DNA of 64,000 bases from NCBI GenBank assembly GCA_048772705.1, contig JBLWGC010000061.1, positions 1-64,000 of the forward strand, in the 5' to 3' direction. The stretch's first letter is position 1. Every line of letters begins with the position of its first letter. Positions 21,802 to 33,916 of this stretch are shown in pieces. The stretch is from Leidyana gryllorum EB-2025a. Taxonomy: Eukaryota > Protista > Apicomplexa. Both the position numbers and the translations under genes were made by a program. The notes under the pieces are model-generated. The model saw only the letters and a list, made by a program, of their open reading frames with translations. It did not search any database and was not told the DNA's origin.

Positions 21802-23308
21802 GATGAGATAGCACATGGTTGAGTTTCATGCGTGAGTTGTTGTCTGCCCCTCCAATCAGACCACACGACAACTGCTGGATTTGAACCAGCGCGGGCCAGG
21901 CCCAGTAGATTTCTAGTCTACCCCCTTAATCAGTCGGGCAAGTTGCCACCTGTTGGACTTGGCATTTTGCGGCCAGTGGCTTCACATACGCTTCGCGCGC
22001 TGCCCGAACCCGGGGTCTGTCTCAAAAGTCATGCGCTCTACCGACGGACTTGGGGCGGCAAGGAAGCTCGGACTTAGTAACAAATTCCATTCGTATTGAT
22101 AGTGGAATCTTGGGCCTTCCTCGGGTACAGGGCGAATGCGTATCAAAGATCCACTCACTTGGTCACGCCCGGGCTCCAGTCGCGGACTCAGAAGTTATCA
22201 GGCTCACGCTCTGACCGACTGGAATATGCGACCGCTTCAGAGTTGAGGTGAACAGTCACTAGCCGGAGGAGCGAGTGATGTGCTCAGCAAAACCCCATTA
22301 CTGGGATTGAAGCGGCCGCTCAGACCTTCGTCCACCCCGCCAAACAGTCATTCCAGAGCCAAATACTGACATCGAGAAGGGGGTGTACCTACACCACTAA
22401 AAGTTCGCACGGGAATCCCGACGGAAGGTGCGCTGGTCCGGATGGCTGTACCGACTCTTTTAGGATGGGCCGAACCGGTTGCGTGGTGTAGTGGTTAGCA
22501 CCGGAGACTTTGAATCTCCCGACCTGGGTTCGTTTCCCGGCGCGACCTTGGCACTGGTCCTCCGTACTCCCTGAAACTTCGCCACTCCTCTTGGGCTGCG
22601 GGGACCATCCGTGCAGCTATGATCTAGTGGTCACGACGTCTGCTTAACACGAAGAAGGTCCCGAGTTCAATCCTCGGTGGCTGTAACTCGCATCTTTCAG
22701 GTGAGCACCACGAAATCTAGAGGGGAAGACGATCTGTTCCCAGAGAGTGGTCATACTATGTCGAGAACCAAGAAATGTGATGCGGTCTGCACAGCGGGCG
22801 ACTAGGTCAAATGGTAGAGCGCTCGCTTAGCATGCGAGAGGTACTGGGATCGATGCCCAGGTCGTCCAAAGTACGTACGGTAGCACGTGGCGGGAGCCAA
22901 ACCCAACCTTACATTTTTGAAGGGTCGCAGACCACAAGTGCCATTGCGAGAGCAGCACAGTCACTGTCTAGGGTGCCTCTGAAAGCGGTCCTGGAAGGTT
23001 TCGAACCTGCGACTTTGTGGTTAACAGCGACACGCTCTGCCGACTGAGCTACAAGACCCAGCTAAAGTGTTTCAGAAGTTGGTATAGAGATCCTCCTTTC
23101 TGTACCACAGGAGTCTGCAACCACGTCTAGTCAAGAGGGTACGGCTCTCAGCCAAAGCTGCGGCTAAGTGACTTGCCCACTGTAGTCTAAGTGGCTAGGA
23201 TGTGCGGCTCTTACCCGCACGATCCGGGTTCAAGTCGCGGGAGTGGAAATCCAGCTGAGTGTGCTTGTGGGCAACAGTTCAATTCTTACTCCCAGGGAAA
23301 TAGATTCA

Positions 23309-23381
23309 CACCGCCCGCGGGGCTCGAACCCGCGACTGCAAGATTAAGAGTCTTGCGCTCTTCCGACTGAGCTAGGGCGGC
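23309..23381 (-). tRNA. trnK: tRNA-Lys(CTT)
   Basis: Intact cloverleaf. Confidence 0.9.
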
Positions 23382-23757
23382 AGGAAAGCAAGGACAAAAA
23401 CCCGATAGCCTGGCATCTGAAGTGGATTCGCTCCCAGAGCTGGTACCCACCAGGTCGTTGGCGTGACCGGCGGGAATATAACTTTCATACCATGTCGGAG
23501 GCGCGTGACCCCCCAACCTTAGAGCCCAGCCTTTCCATTCTCTAGCTTCGACAGACAGGGAACGCTTGGAGTGGCCGGACAGGACCCGAGCTGGTACGAT
23601 GGCTGAGGGACTGCTACATCAAATGTATTGCATTCTTCCGAATGCGCTGGGCCAGCAAATGAGGTCCGACTTGGTATCACATTCAATTCATGTTGATGGT
23701 GGAATGTTGGGGCTGCTTCGGGTTCGGGGCAATTCAGTAACAAAAATTCGGCCCACT

Positions 23758-23831
23758 TGGTCACGCCCGGGTTCGAACCGGGGACCTTGAGCTTATTAGG
23801 CTCACGCTCTAACCGACTGAGCTACGCGACC
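23758..23831 (-). tRNA. trnI: tRNA-Ile(AAT)
   Basis: GGTCGCG...CGTGACC-A; TGAGC-CT-AAT-AA-GCTCA. Confidence 0.92.
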
Positions 23832-23950
23832 GCCTCCGACGACAGATGGCACCGATTCACTTACTTGATGCCTCTGCCTCGCCACTGCAATCTGTAGCAT
23901 GTACTGCTGGTGTTTTGAGCCCAGCCGCCTACTCCGATGATCGCAGCACA

Positions 23951-24032
23951 CGACAACTGCTGGATTTGAACCAGCGCGGGCCCGGCCCAGTAGATTTCTA
24001 GTCTATCCCCTTAACCACTCGGGCAAGTTGCC
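23951..24032 (-). tRNA. trnS: tRNA-Ser(AGA)
   Basis: Long variable arm, anticodon AGA. Confidence 0.82.
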
Positions 24033-24831
24033 GCTGTCGAACTTGGGATTTTGCGGCCAGTGGCTTCACATACGGTTCAGCAAGCTTTACTAGGACTGCT
24101 CGCGCCGCCCGAACCCGCGGTTCTCCCTTCAAAAGTCTTGCGCTCTACCGACGGAGTTGGGGGGGCAAGGAAGCTCGCCCCGTACCCGAGGAAGGCACAG
24201 GATTCCACGATCAATACAAATGGAATTGGTTACTAAGTCCGAATTTGTATCAGAGATCCACTCACTTGGTCACGCCGACATACCAGCCTCACTTAAAGAT
24301 CGTCCGGGTCGTCTAGTGCTTACAACAGCAAGTTGTGGCCGTGCATACCCAGGCCCGAATCCTGGCTTGGATAGTATGTCCACCGATGTCTCGAATGGGA
24401 GATGTAGGTGAAGCCTGTCCAAACCCACGATCGGGCGTAGCTGCCCATGTCCTCTCTGGATCGTGACGGCTCCGTTAGTCGACGGTATGGCCTAATGGAT
24501 ATGGCATCGGTCTACGGAACCGGGGATTCTGGGTTCGAGTCCCAGTAGCGTCTGGGCGAATGGTGGGGTTGTAGCCTGTTGAGTCAACAACTCAGATCCT
24601 GTCTTACCTGTCAGGGACATTGTCTCGGGATGGGGCGAGTGCCTTGTTGCGTCAACAACTATCAGACGGGCTGTTCTGGGAGTCGAAGCCAGCGCTTCTT
24701 CCACCCGAAGGAAGAATCATACCACTAGACCAAACAGCCCCCTGTGGGTGCCTCAGGTACTGGCAGGTTCCAAACCTGCGGCTCCGTGGCTAAGAGACTT
24801 ACCGCTTGCAGGTGCCTAGTCGATGCAGTCG

Positions 24832-24903
24832 AGCCTTCTGCCGGAATCGAACCGGCGACCTTTCGCTTACTAAGCGAATGCTCTGCCCCTAAGCTAAGAA
24901 GGC
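24832..24903 (-). tRNA. trnT: tRNA-Thr(AGT)
   Basis: Intact cloverleaf. Confidence 0.92.
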
Positions 24904-25651
24904 AATCCAGGCCGAAGATCAAGAATCAGTCACTATTGACGGGGATTACTGAGGCACTTTGCTCGAGTAGCTTCCACTGCCGGGTCTTGAACCCGGATGT
25001 ACCGGTGAGAGCCGCATAACCTAGCCACTTAGACTACAGTGGACAACCTCCTCAGCTGCAGCTTTGGACGAGAGTCGTACCATCTTGAGATGAGATAGAG
25101 CGTCGGGTCAACCGACAACCAACGGGGCTGTTCTGGGAATCGAACACAGGCCTTCTTCCACCCGAAGGAAGAATCATACCACTAGACCAATCAGCCGCCT
25201 GTCGGTCGTGAAACCCGCTGAATACAGTCGAGAGAGTGGTCATACGATGTTGAGAACAAAAAAATGCGATGGGGTCTGCACAATGGGCGACTAGCTCAAA
25301 TGGTAGAGCGCTCGCTTAGCATGCGCACTACATGGAAGACCTATTGGATGTAGTGGCTGACCGACTGCCCACACAACGGCTGACAAGAGTGGGATTCGAA
25401 CTCACGCCCTTTCGCACTGCGGCCTTACCACAGTGTTTTTGGCTCGCCCTTCCACGCGTTTCCTGTACTTGGAATCTCAAAATGGAGGGTCTTCCGGGGT
25501 TGGAGGCCGGGGTGTTCACGAGCGTCCGAGATAGTATAGTGGTTAGTACTTCCGCCTGTGACGCGGAAGACCCGGACTCGATGCCCGGTTTTGGAGCACA
25601 GTTGATTCCGCTTAAGATTGTCTCCTTTGGTTGCCGCTGGCAGTTGCGAGC

Positions 25652-25724
25652 TACAGCCACCGAGGATTGAACTCGGGACTGTCTGCGTGCGAAGCAGACG
25701 TCGTAACCACTAGACCATGGCTGC
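25652..25724 (-). tRNA. tRNA-Val body with CGC (Ala) anticodon
   Basis: TCTGC-TT-CGC-AC-GCAGA in a well-paired Val scaffold. Confidence 0.7.
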
Positions 25725-25787
25725 ACGGCAGGTCCCGCAGACCAAAGCAAGTGGGGAGGTTCCACGAAGTAGTGAGGACTAGTTTCA

Positions 25788-25859
25788 AGGTCGCGCCGGG
25801 AATCGAACCCAGGTCGGGAGATTCAAAGTCTCCAGTGCTAACCACTACACCACGCAACC
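25788..25859 (-). tRNA. trnQ: tRNA-Gln(TTG)
   Basis: Intact cloverleaf. Confidence 0.92.
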
Positions 25860-26440
25860 GATTTAGCCCTTCTCAAAGAGTTGATAGAGCCATCCGGACT
25901 AGAGCTTCCCCACACATGCAAAACGGGTTTTTCTACTAACCTCCAAAATATTCAACTGGCTGTTGTAGCGCAGTGGGCAAAGCGTGTGATTGTTAAATAC
26001 TAAGTCGCAGGTCCGCGGTCTCAGGCACCCTAGACCGTATTGCGATGCCAAAGTCTATCCAAGGGCTACAGGGCACAATCAAAGGCTCTCAACTCGGTAA
26101 ATACATAGCGGCAGGTGCAGCCGTACGAAGTTTGGACGACCTGGACATCGATCCCATACCTTTCGCATGCTAAGCGAGCGCTCTACCATCTGAGCCAGTC
26201 GCCCGACGTGCAGTCCCCATCGCATTTATCGGTTGTCAACATAGCATGACCACTCTCTCGACTCTACCCGCGGATTGCACCACCGACCAGTCAGCTGTTT
26301 GGTCTAGTGGTATGATCCTTCCTTAGGGTGGAAGAAGTGCTGGGTTCGATTCCCAGGACAGCCCGCTTTGTTGTATCTTGACCCAACCTGCCTGGCAGCA
26401 TGGTACTGAATTCGGGTGATTCCTCGGAGAAAGTCGGAGG

Positions 26441-26513
26441 GGGAGTGTAGCGCAGTCGGTAGCGCGTAGGTCTCATAATCCTGAAGTCGAGAGTTCGATC
26501 CTCTCCACTCCCA
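26441..26513 (+). tRNA. trnM: Elongator tRNA-Met(CAT)
   Basis: GGGAGTG...CACTCCC-A, CT-CAT-AA, TTCG T-loop, intronless. Confidence 0.9.
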
Positions 26514-26885
26514 CGGTCGGAATCGAAACCGCCGACAAACTCATCATGCTATCGTTTTGCATCTGTCGGGAATCGCACACAGGTTATCTCGATGGCAGCG
26601 AGCGACTCATCCACTAGACCACAGATGCAGAACACGATCTTGTGAATCTTGCGCGTGGTGACAGCCATTCCTCTTAAGCCTATCGATGCATCAAAGCCTT
26701 CTGCCGGAATCGAACCGGCGACTTGTCGCTGACGAAGCGAACGCTCTGCCCATAAGCTGAGAAGGCAGCTTAGCCAGAAAATCATGTGTCAGTTGTATCG
26801 ACAAAAGTTAGCCGGGTGCCACGTGCACGGCGGGCTGTCCGGCGCGCATCGTGGGGGCATGCTGGGTTGTCCTGACTACAACGGC

Positions 26886-26965
26886 TGACAAGAGTGGGAT
26901 TCGAACCCACGCCCTTTCGGACTGCGGCCTGAACACAGCGCCTTAGACCACTCGGCCATCTTGCC
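26886..26965 (-). tRNA. trnL: tRNA-Leu(CAG)
   Basis: Intact cloverleaf. Confidence 0.92.
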
Positions 26966-27855
26966 GGAGCGTTCGCCACTTTACAGGTTTTCTGTCCGTG
27001 AAGTTCTCGAGAAGGAAGACTTTTAGGGTTGAAGACGCGGAAGACGCGGGTTCGATGCCCTGTTTTGGAGAGAGCCTGTTTCCTCGCTTTGGTGGGACTC
27101 ACTTCAAAGATTCGAGCTACAGCCACCTGTGATCGAACTCGGGACCAAGTGCGTGTTAAGCAGACGCCGTAACCGCTAGACCATGGCTGCACGGAGCTTC
27201 CGGACTGTGAGAGGGGCGTGTGTCTCTGGGAACACACATATCATGAGGAGCCTGATTGTCATCTACGGACCTGTAGCCTCACAGAAATGGGACGGGCTGG
27301 AGTAGTACTCATTACTTTGTGGTCAGGAATGGAAGTGTCACGCATCTGTGGTCTAGTGGTAGAATGTGTCGTTGCCACCGAGACGACCCAGGTTCGCTTC
27401 CCGGCAGATGCAGAGGAGATGGCACAAGGTTGATTGCGCCTTCTACGTGAACTGGTGTCTAACGCTCCAATCACATCGCACGACAACTGCTGGATTTAAA
27501 CCAGCGCGGGCCAGGCCCAGTAGATTTCTAGTCTACCCCCTTAACCACTCGGGCAAGTTGCCACCTGTCGAACTCGGCATTTTGCGGCCAGTGGTTTCAC
27601 ATACGGTTCAGCACTGCTCGCGCCTCCCCGAACCCGCGGTTCTCCCATCAAAAGTCTTGCGCTCCACCGACGGAGTTGGGGCGGCAAGGAAGCTCGCCCT
27701 GTACCCGGGGAAGGCCCAAGATTCCACGATCAATACTAATGGAATTGGTTACTAAGTCCGAATCTGTATCAGAGATCCACTCACTTGATCACGCCCACAT
27801 ACCATTTTTTCCAAGACGGTACGGCTCTCGGCCGAAGCCCCAACTCAACCACTCG

Positions 27856-27928
27856 TCCACTGTAGTCTAAGTGGCTAGGATATGCGGCTTTCACCCGCAC
27901 GATCCGGGTTCAAGTCCCGGCAGTGGAA
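27856..27928 (+). tRNA. trnE: tRNA-Glu(TTC)
   Basis: Intact cloverleaf. Confidence 0.92.
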
Positions 27929-28315
27929 ATCCGGCAGAGTGTGGTTGTAGGTAACGGCTCCCCGAGACATTGATTTGCACCGCCCGCGGGGCTCGAACCC
28001 ACGACTGCAAGATTGAAAGTCTTGCGCTCTACGGGCTGAGCTAGGGCGGCAACGAAACTCTTAACTGGGTTACACCCTATTTGCCGTTGGGTGGAGCAGT
28101 AGATGCATTGGACCGGTGGAACAATGAGCTTCAGTAACTTCCGTTAACATTGCCTTCTTAGCTGGTGGCAGAGCATTCGCTTTGAAAGCGAAAGGTCGCC
28201 GGTTCGATTCCGGCAGAAGGCTTTGCTTACGCACTTGAGCTTTTCTGACTGGTCTCTCAGTCTCGATAAGGATCTGAGAGGTTTGGAGGGGAATTGCAAT
28301 GCACTTTAGATTGGT

Positions 28316-28387
28316 TGTCCGAGCCAGGAATCGAGCCTGGGTTTGCACGGCCACAACGTGCTGTCCTAACCACTAGACGACTCGGAT
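28316..28387 (-). tRNA. trnH: tRNA-His(GTG), G1 variant
   Basis: Same body as 15073-15144 with A1. Confidence 0.72.
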
Positions 28388-28663
28388 AATTTTTGAGCGA
28401 GGCTGTAGAGGTAGCGAAACATCGATCAGGATGGGATGGAAAAGGAGCGTCAGACGAACTACGTTGTGAGAAGTCCACTCCTCAACTTCCGGTGGGACGG
28501 AATTTACTCGTCGCATATCTGATGGCACCACTAGAGACAGATGCGTTGCCATCTGAGCACCCCGGGCCGTACGAGTACTTGGGGGCGTGTAGACCGCACC
28601 CAGAACGACATCGACAGTCGCAACGGAAGCCGTTCACACGCTGGAACTCTGAAGGAAAGTAAC

Positions 28664-28747
28664 GCACAGATGCCCGAGTGGTCTGAGGGGCCAGACTCAA
28701 GTTCTGGTAGGCGCAAGTCTGCATGGGTTCAAATCCCATTCTGTGCA
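28664..28747 (+). tRNA. trnL: tRNA-Leu(CAA)
   Basis: Same body as 3383-3466 with two substitutions. Confidence 0.85.
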
Positions 28748-28838
28748 ACGGCCATCATCCCCAAAAGTAGGCTGGAAAAGGCCACAGTGGATTCGAGTCT
28801 CCATTTGAATAGGGTGTAACTAAGCTTAGAGCTTCCTT

Positions 28839-28911
28839 GCCGCCCTAGCTCAGTCGGTAGAGCGCAAGACTTTTAATCTTGCAGTCGCGGGTTCGAGCCC
28901 CGCGGGCGGTG
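28839..28911 (+). tRNA. trnK: tRNA-Lys(TTT)
   Basis: CAAGA-CT-TTT-AA-TCTTG; otherwise identical to Lys(CTT) at 16384. Confidence 0.9.
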
Positions 28912-29348
28912 CAAATCAATGTCTCTGGGAGTAGGAATGGAACCGTTGCCTACAAGCACACTCAGCTGGATTTCCACTGCCGGGACTTGAACCCGGATCG
29001 TGCGGGTGAGAGCCGCATATCCTGGCCACTTAGACTACAGTGGACAACTTCCTCAGCTGCAGCTTTGGACGAAAGCCGTACCTCTTGACAAGACGTGGTT
29101 GCAGAATCCTTTGGCAGAAAAAGGAGGATCTCTATACTAACCTCTGAACCATTGTTGCTGGGTCTTGTAGCTCAGTCGGCAGAGCGTGTGGCTGTTAACC
29201 ACAAAGTCGCAGGTTCGAAACCTGCCAGGTCCGGTTTCAGAGGCACACTCAACACTGAGTGCGCTGGTGTGCCAATGGCACTTGTGGTCTGCGACCCTTC
29301 AAAGATGGAAGTTTGTTTGGATCCCGCCACGTGCAGCCGTACGAACTT

Positions 29349-29421
29349 TGGACGACCTGGGTATCGATCCCAGTACCTCTCGCATGCGAAGCGAGCGCTC
29401 TACCATCTGAGCTAGCCGCCC
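29349..29421 (-). tRNA. trnA: tRNA-Ala(CGC)
   Basis: G3:U70, CTCGC-TT-CGC-AT-GCGAG. Confidence 0.9.
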
Positions 29422-29789
29422 ATCCGCTCATCCGCTCTACATGGAAGACCTATTGCATCCAGTGGCTGACCGAGGGCCGATACAACGGGTGACAAGAGTG
29501 GGATTCGAACCCACGCCCTTTCGGACAGCGGCCTTAACACAGCGCCTTGGACCACTCGGCCATCTTGCCGGAGTGCCCTTGGCTCGCCACTTTACACGTT
29601 TTCTGTTCGTGATGTCTCGAGAAGGGAGGACTTTTGGGGTTGAAGGCCAGCGTATCCACGAGCGTCCGAGATACTATAGTGCTTAGTATTTCCGCCTGTC
29701 ACTCGGAAGACGCGGGTACGATTCCCGGTCTCGGAGACACTTCGTTCTTTCGCTTTAGATTTCGTGGTGCTCACCTGACAAACGCGAGT

Positions 29790-29862
29790 TACAGCCACCG
29801 AGGATCGAACTCGGGACCTTCTGCGTGTGAAGCAGACGTCGTGACCACTAGACCATGGCTGC
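29790..29862 (-). tRNA. trnV: tRNA-Val(CAC)
   Basis: TCTGC-TT-CAC-AC-GCAGA, intact. Confidence 0.9.
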
Positions 29863-29926
29863 AGCGAAGGTCCCGCAGACCAAGAGAGAAGTGGCGAGCT
29901 TTTACGAAGTAGTAGGACCAGTTTTG

Positions 29927-29998
29927 AGGTCGCGCCGGGAATCGAACCCAGGTCGGGAGATTCAGAGTCTCCAGTGCTGACCACTACACCACGCAACC
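29927..29998 (-). tRNA. trnQ: tRNA-Gln(CTG)
   Basis: GGAGA-CT-CTG-AA-TCTCC. Confidence 0.9.
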
Positions 29999-30618
29999 CA
30001 TTCAGTCCTTCCCAAAAAAGAGTTGGTAGAGCCATCCGGACTAGCGCTAACTGGACACATGCAACACGCGTCTCTCTACTGACCTTTGAAATATCGTAAC
30101 TGTTGTATCTTAGTCGGCAGAGTGTGTGATTGTTAAATACAAACTCGGAAATTCGGGCTCTGAGGCAACCTTCACACATCCTGCGGTGCCCGAGTCTATC
30201 CAAGGGGTACAGGGCACACTTGAAAGCTCTCAACTCTGTAGCAAAATAGCGGCAGTTGCAGACTACGAAGTTTGGACGACCTGGGCATCGATCCCGGTAC
30301 CTCTCGCATGCTAAGCGAGCGCTCTACCATTTGAGCTAGTCGCCCGTTGCGCAGACCCCATCGATTTTTTTGTTCTCAACATCGTATGACCACTCTCTCG
30401 ACTGTACTCAGCGGGTTGCTCGACCGACAGCCGGCTGTTTGGTCTACTGGTATGATTCTTCCTTCGGGTGGAAGAAGTCCTGGGTTCGATTCCCAGAACA
30501 GCCCGTCTGATGGTTGTTGACGCAACACGGCACTCGCCCCATCCCGAGACAATGTCCCTGACAGCTAAGACAGGATCTGAGTTGTTGACTCAACAGGCTA
30601 CAACCCGACCATTCACCC

Positions 30619-30691
30619 AGACGCTACTGGGACTCGAACCCAGAATCCCCGGTTCCGTAGACCGATGCCATATCCATTAGGCCATAGCGCC
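30619..30691 (-). tRNA. trnR: tRNA-Arg(ACG)
   Basis: Anticodon loop CT-ACG-GA, A20, intact T-arm. Confidence 0.9.
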
Positions 30692-31998
30692 GACTAACGG
30701 AGCCGTCAAATGGAAGTGTGTAGCGATCCAGAGAGGACATGGGCAGCTACGCCCGATCGTGGGTTTGGACAGGCTTCATTTACATCTCCCATTCGAGACA
30801 TCGGTGGACATACTATCCAAGCCAGGATTCGTGCCTGGGTATGCACGGCCACAACTTGCTGTTGTAAGCACTAGACGACCCGGACGATCTTCAAGTATGT
30901 CGGCGTGACCAAGTGAGTGGATCTCTGATACAAATTCGGACTTAGTAACCAATTCCATTTGTATTGATCGTGGAATCCTGTGCCTTCCTCGGGTACGGGG
31001 CGAGCTTCCTTGCCGCCCCAACTCCGTCGGTAGAGCGCAAGACTTTTGAAGGGAGAACCGCGGGTTCGGGCGGCGCGAGCAGTCCTAGCAAAGCTCGCTG
31101 AATCGTATGTGAAGCCACTGGCCGCAAAATGCCAAGTTCGACAGCGGCAACTTGCCCGAGTGGTTACGGGGGTAGACTAGAAATCTACTGGGCATCGCCC
31201 GCGCTGGTTCAGATCCAGCAGTTGTCGTGCGATGTGATTGGAGGGGTCAGACACCAACTCAAGCGTGAATCCCTGGAATGGTGGGAAAACAATCATGTGT
31301 CTTCTGCATCTGCCGGGAATCGAGCCCGGGACGTCTCGATGGCAACGAGACATTCTACCACTAGACCACAGATGCACAATATCTTATTGAGCTAGTCGCC
31401 TGCTGTGCAGACCTCATACCATTCCGCGGTTTTCGCCCCTCATCAGATACCTGTTTCCAGAGACACACGCCCCTTTCACAGTCCGAAAGCTCCGTGCAGC
31501 CATGGTCTACCGGTTACGACGTCTGCTTCACACGCACAAGATCGCGAGTTCGATCCTCGGTGGCTGTAGCTCGCAACTTTATCTGAGCACCACGAAATCT
31601 GAAGCGGAAAAACGAACTGTGCTCCGAGACCGGGAATCGACCGTGGTCTGCCGCGTGATAGGCGGAAATCCTAACCGCTATACTATCTCGGACGCTCTGG
31701 ATACGCCGGCCTCCAACCCCAGAAGTTCTTCCATTTTGAGATTCCACGGATAGAAAACGCGTGGGGCGGCGAGCCAACAACATTTCGGCAAGATGGCCGA
31801 GTGGTCCAAGGCGCAGTGCTCAGGCCGCAGTCCGAAAGGGCGTGGGTTCGAATCCCACTCTTGTCAGGCGTTGTAGTCAGGACAACCTGCGACTTCATCC
31901 CAGCATGCCCCCACGATGCGCGCGGGACAGCCGGCCGTGCACGTGGCACCCGGCTAACTTTTGTCGATACAACTGCCACATGATTCTCCAGCTAAGTT

Positions 31999-32070
31999 GC
32001 CTTCTTAGCTTAGGGGCAGAGCGTTCGCTTCGTAAGCGAGAAGTCGCCGGTTCGATTCCGGCCGAAGGCT
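31999..32070 (+). tRNA. trnT: tRNA-Thr(CGT), variant
   Basis: TTCGC-TT-CGT-AA-GCGAG; one acceptor mismatch. Confidence 0.78.
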
Positions 32071-32249
32071 TTGATGCATCGATAAGCTTATGAGGAATGG
32101 CTGTCACCACGTACAAGATTGACCATCGTGTTCTGCATCTGTGGTCTAGTGGAAGAGTCGCTCGCTGCCATCGAGATAACCCGTGTGCGATTCCTGACAG
32201 ATGCAGAATGATAGCATGATGAGTTTGTCGGCGGTTTCGATTCTGACCG

Positions 32250-32322
32250 TGGGAGTGGAGAGGATCGAACTCTCGACTTCAGGATTATGAGACCTACGCG
32301 CTACCGACTGCGCTACACTCCC
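32250..32322 (-). tRNA. trnM: Elongator tRNA-Met(CAT)
   Basis: Intact cloverleaf. Confidence 0.9.
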
Positions 32323-32557
32323 CCTCCGACTTCCTCCGAGGAATCACCTGAACCCAGAACCATGCTGCCAGGCAGGTTGGGCCAAGATACAACAAAGCGG
32401 GCTGTTCTGGAATGGAACCTAGGAATTCTTCCAAACGACGGAAGTATCATACCACTACACCAAATAGCCGCCTGTCGTTCGTGCAACCCGCTGAAGACAG
32501 TTTAAAAATTGGTCATCCTATGTTGAGAACCAACAAATGCGATGGGGTCTGCACCGC

Positions 32558-32630
32558 GGGCGACTAGCTCAAATGGTAGAGCGCTCGTTTAATAAGCGAA
32601 GGGTCGCCGGTTCGACTCCGGCAGAAGCCT
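32558..32630 (+). pseudogene. Chimeric tRNA: 5' half Ala, 3' half Thr
   Basis: GGGCGACTAGCTCAAATGGTAGAGCGCTCG joined in the anticodon loop to TAAGCGAAGGGTCGCCGGTTCGACTCCGGCAGAAG; acceptor strands do not pair. Confidence 0.85.
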
Positions 32631-32875
32631 TTGCTCACCAGCCGATCTATTCTAAACTGTTTCCCTTTTGCGCACACTTAGCAGTGAGTGGTTTCGATCA
32701 ACTGACCTTTGGGTTATGAGCCCAACACTCTTCCAATGAGCTACACTGCTCAGTCCGCAACATGGAAGAGGTAGCCGAAATGCGATTCTTGAGATGTTAA
32801 TTGCCTTGAGTGTCGACGCGGTGGCTGTGTTACTTCTAAAACTGCTTATCCCATCGGGTCAACCGACAACCAAGA

Positions 32876-32947
32876 GGGCTGTTCTGGGAATCGAACCCAG
32901 GACTCCTTCCACCCTAAGGAAGGATCATACCACTAGACCAAACAGCC
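32876..32947 (-). tRNA. trnP: tRNA-Pro(AGG)
   Basis: Intact cloverleaf. Confidence 0.92.
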
Positions 32948-33916
32948 GCCTGTCGGTCGTGCAACCCGGTGAGCACAGTCGCGAGAGTGGTCATACTATG
33001 TGAAGTACCACTAAATGCGATGGGGTCTGCACAGCGGGGGACTAGCTCAAATGGTGAAGCGCTCGCTTAGCGTGCAAGAGGTACGGGATCAATGCCCAGG
33101 TCGTCCAAAGTTTGTAGTGCTACTGGCGCTATTTGCCTACAGAGTTGAGAGCTTTCAGGGTGCCCTGTAGCCCTTAGATAGACTTGGGCACCGCAGTATG
33201 TGTGAAGGTTGCCTCAGAGACCGGATCTGCGAGTTTGTATTTTACAACCACACGCTCTGCCGACTAAAGTACAAGGGCCAGTTCCAATATCTCAGAGGTT
33301 AGTAGAGATACGCGTGTTGCATGTGTCCGGTTGAGGGCTAGTCCGGATGCTCTACCAACTCTTTTTGTGAAGCAGTGAATGGGTTGCGTGGTGTAGTGGT
33401 TAGCTGTGGAGATTTTCAATCTCCCGACCTGGATTCGATTCCCGACACGACCTCGCAACTAGTGCTCACTACTTCTTGAAATCTCGCAACTCCTCTTGGT
33501 CTGCGGAAAGCTTTCGTGGACCCATGGGGTAGTGGTTACGACGTCTGGTTAACACGCAGAAGGTCCCGAGTTCGATCCTCGGTGACTGTAGCTCGCAACT
33601 TTCAGCGGCAATCTTAAGCGGAATCAGCTGTGCTCCGAAACCGGGCATCGAATCCGGGTCTTCCGCGTGACAGGCGGAAATACTGACCACTACTTCATCT
33701 CGGACGATCGTCAACGCGTCGGCCTTCAGCCTCAGACGTCTTACCAGTTTCGAGATTCCACGGACAGAAAACGCGTGGAGCGGCGAGCCAACAACACTCC
33801 GGCAACATGGCCGAGTGGTCTGAGGCGCTGTGCTGAGACCGGAGTCCGAAAGGACGTGGGTTCGAATCCCACTTTTGTCAGGTTGCGCCCCAAACGGGAA
33901 AAACATAGAGTCCGGT

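Noticed and set aside
23440-23750. Apparently unique non-tRNA stretch
   Set aside because: Its right part aligns by eye to the recurrent Lys-derived element and spacer (e.g. near 4825-4920), so it is most likely an older diverged copy; no terminal repeats or coding signal seen.
28487-28565. Tyr-derived sequence with CTA (amber) anticodon on the minus strand
   Set aside because: T-loop/B box destroyed (GAGTAAAT) and D-arm degraded; it belongs to a decayed family also seen near 15245 and 52550, so it is not a plausible suppressor.
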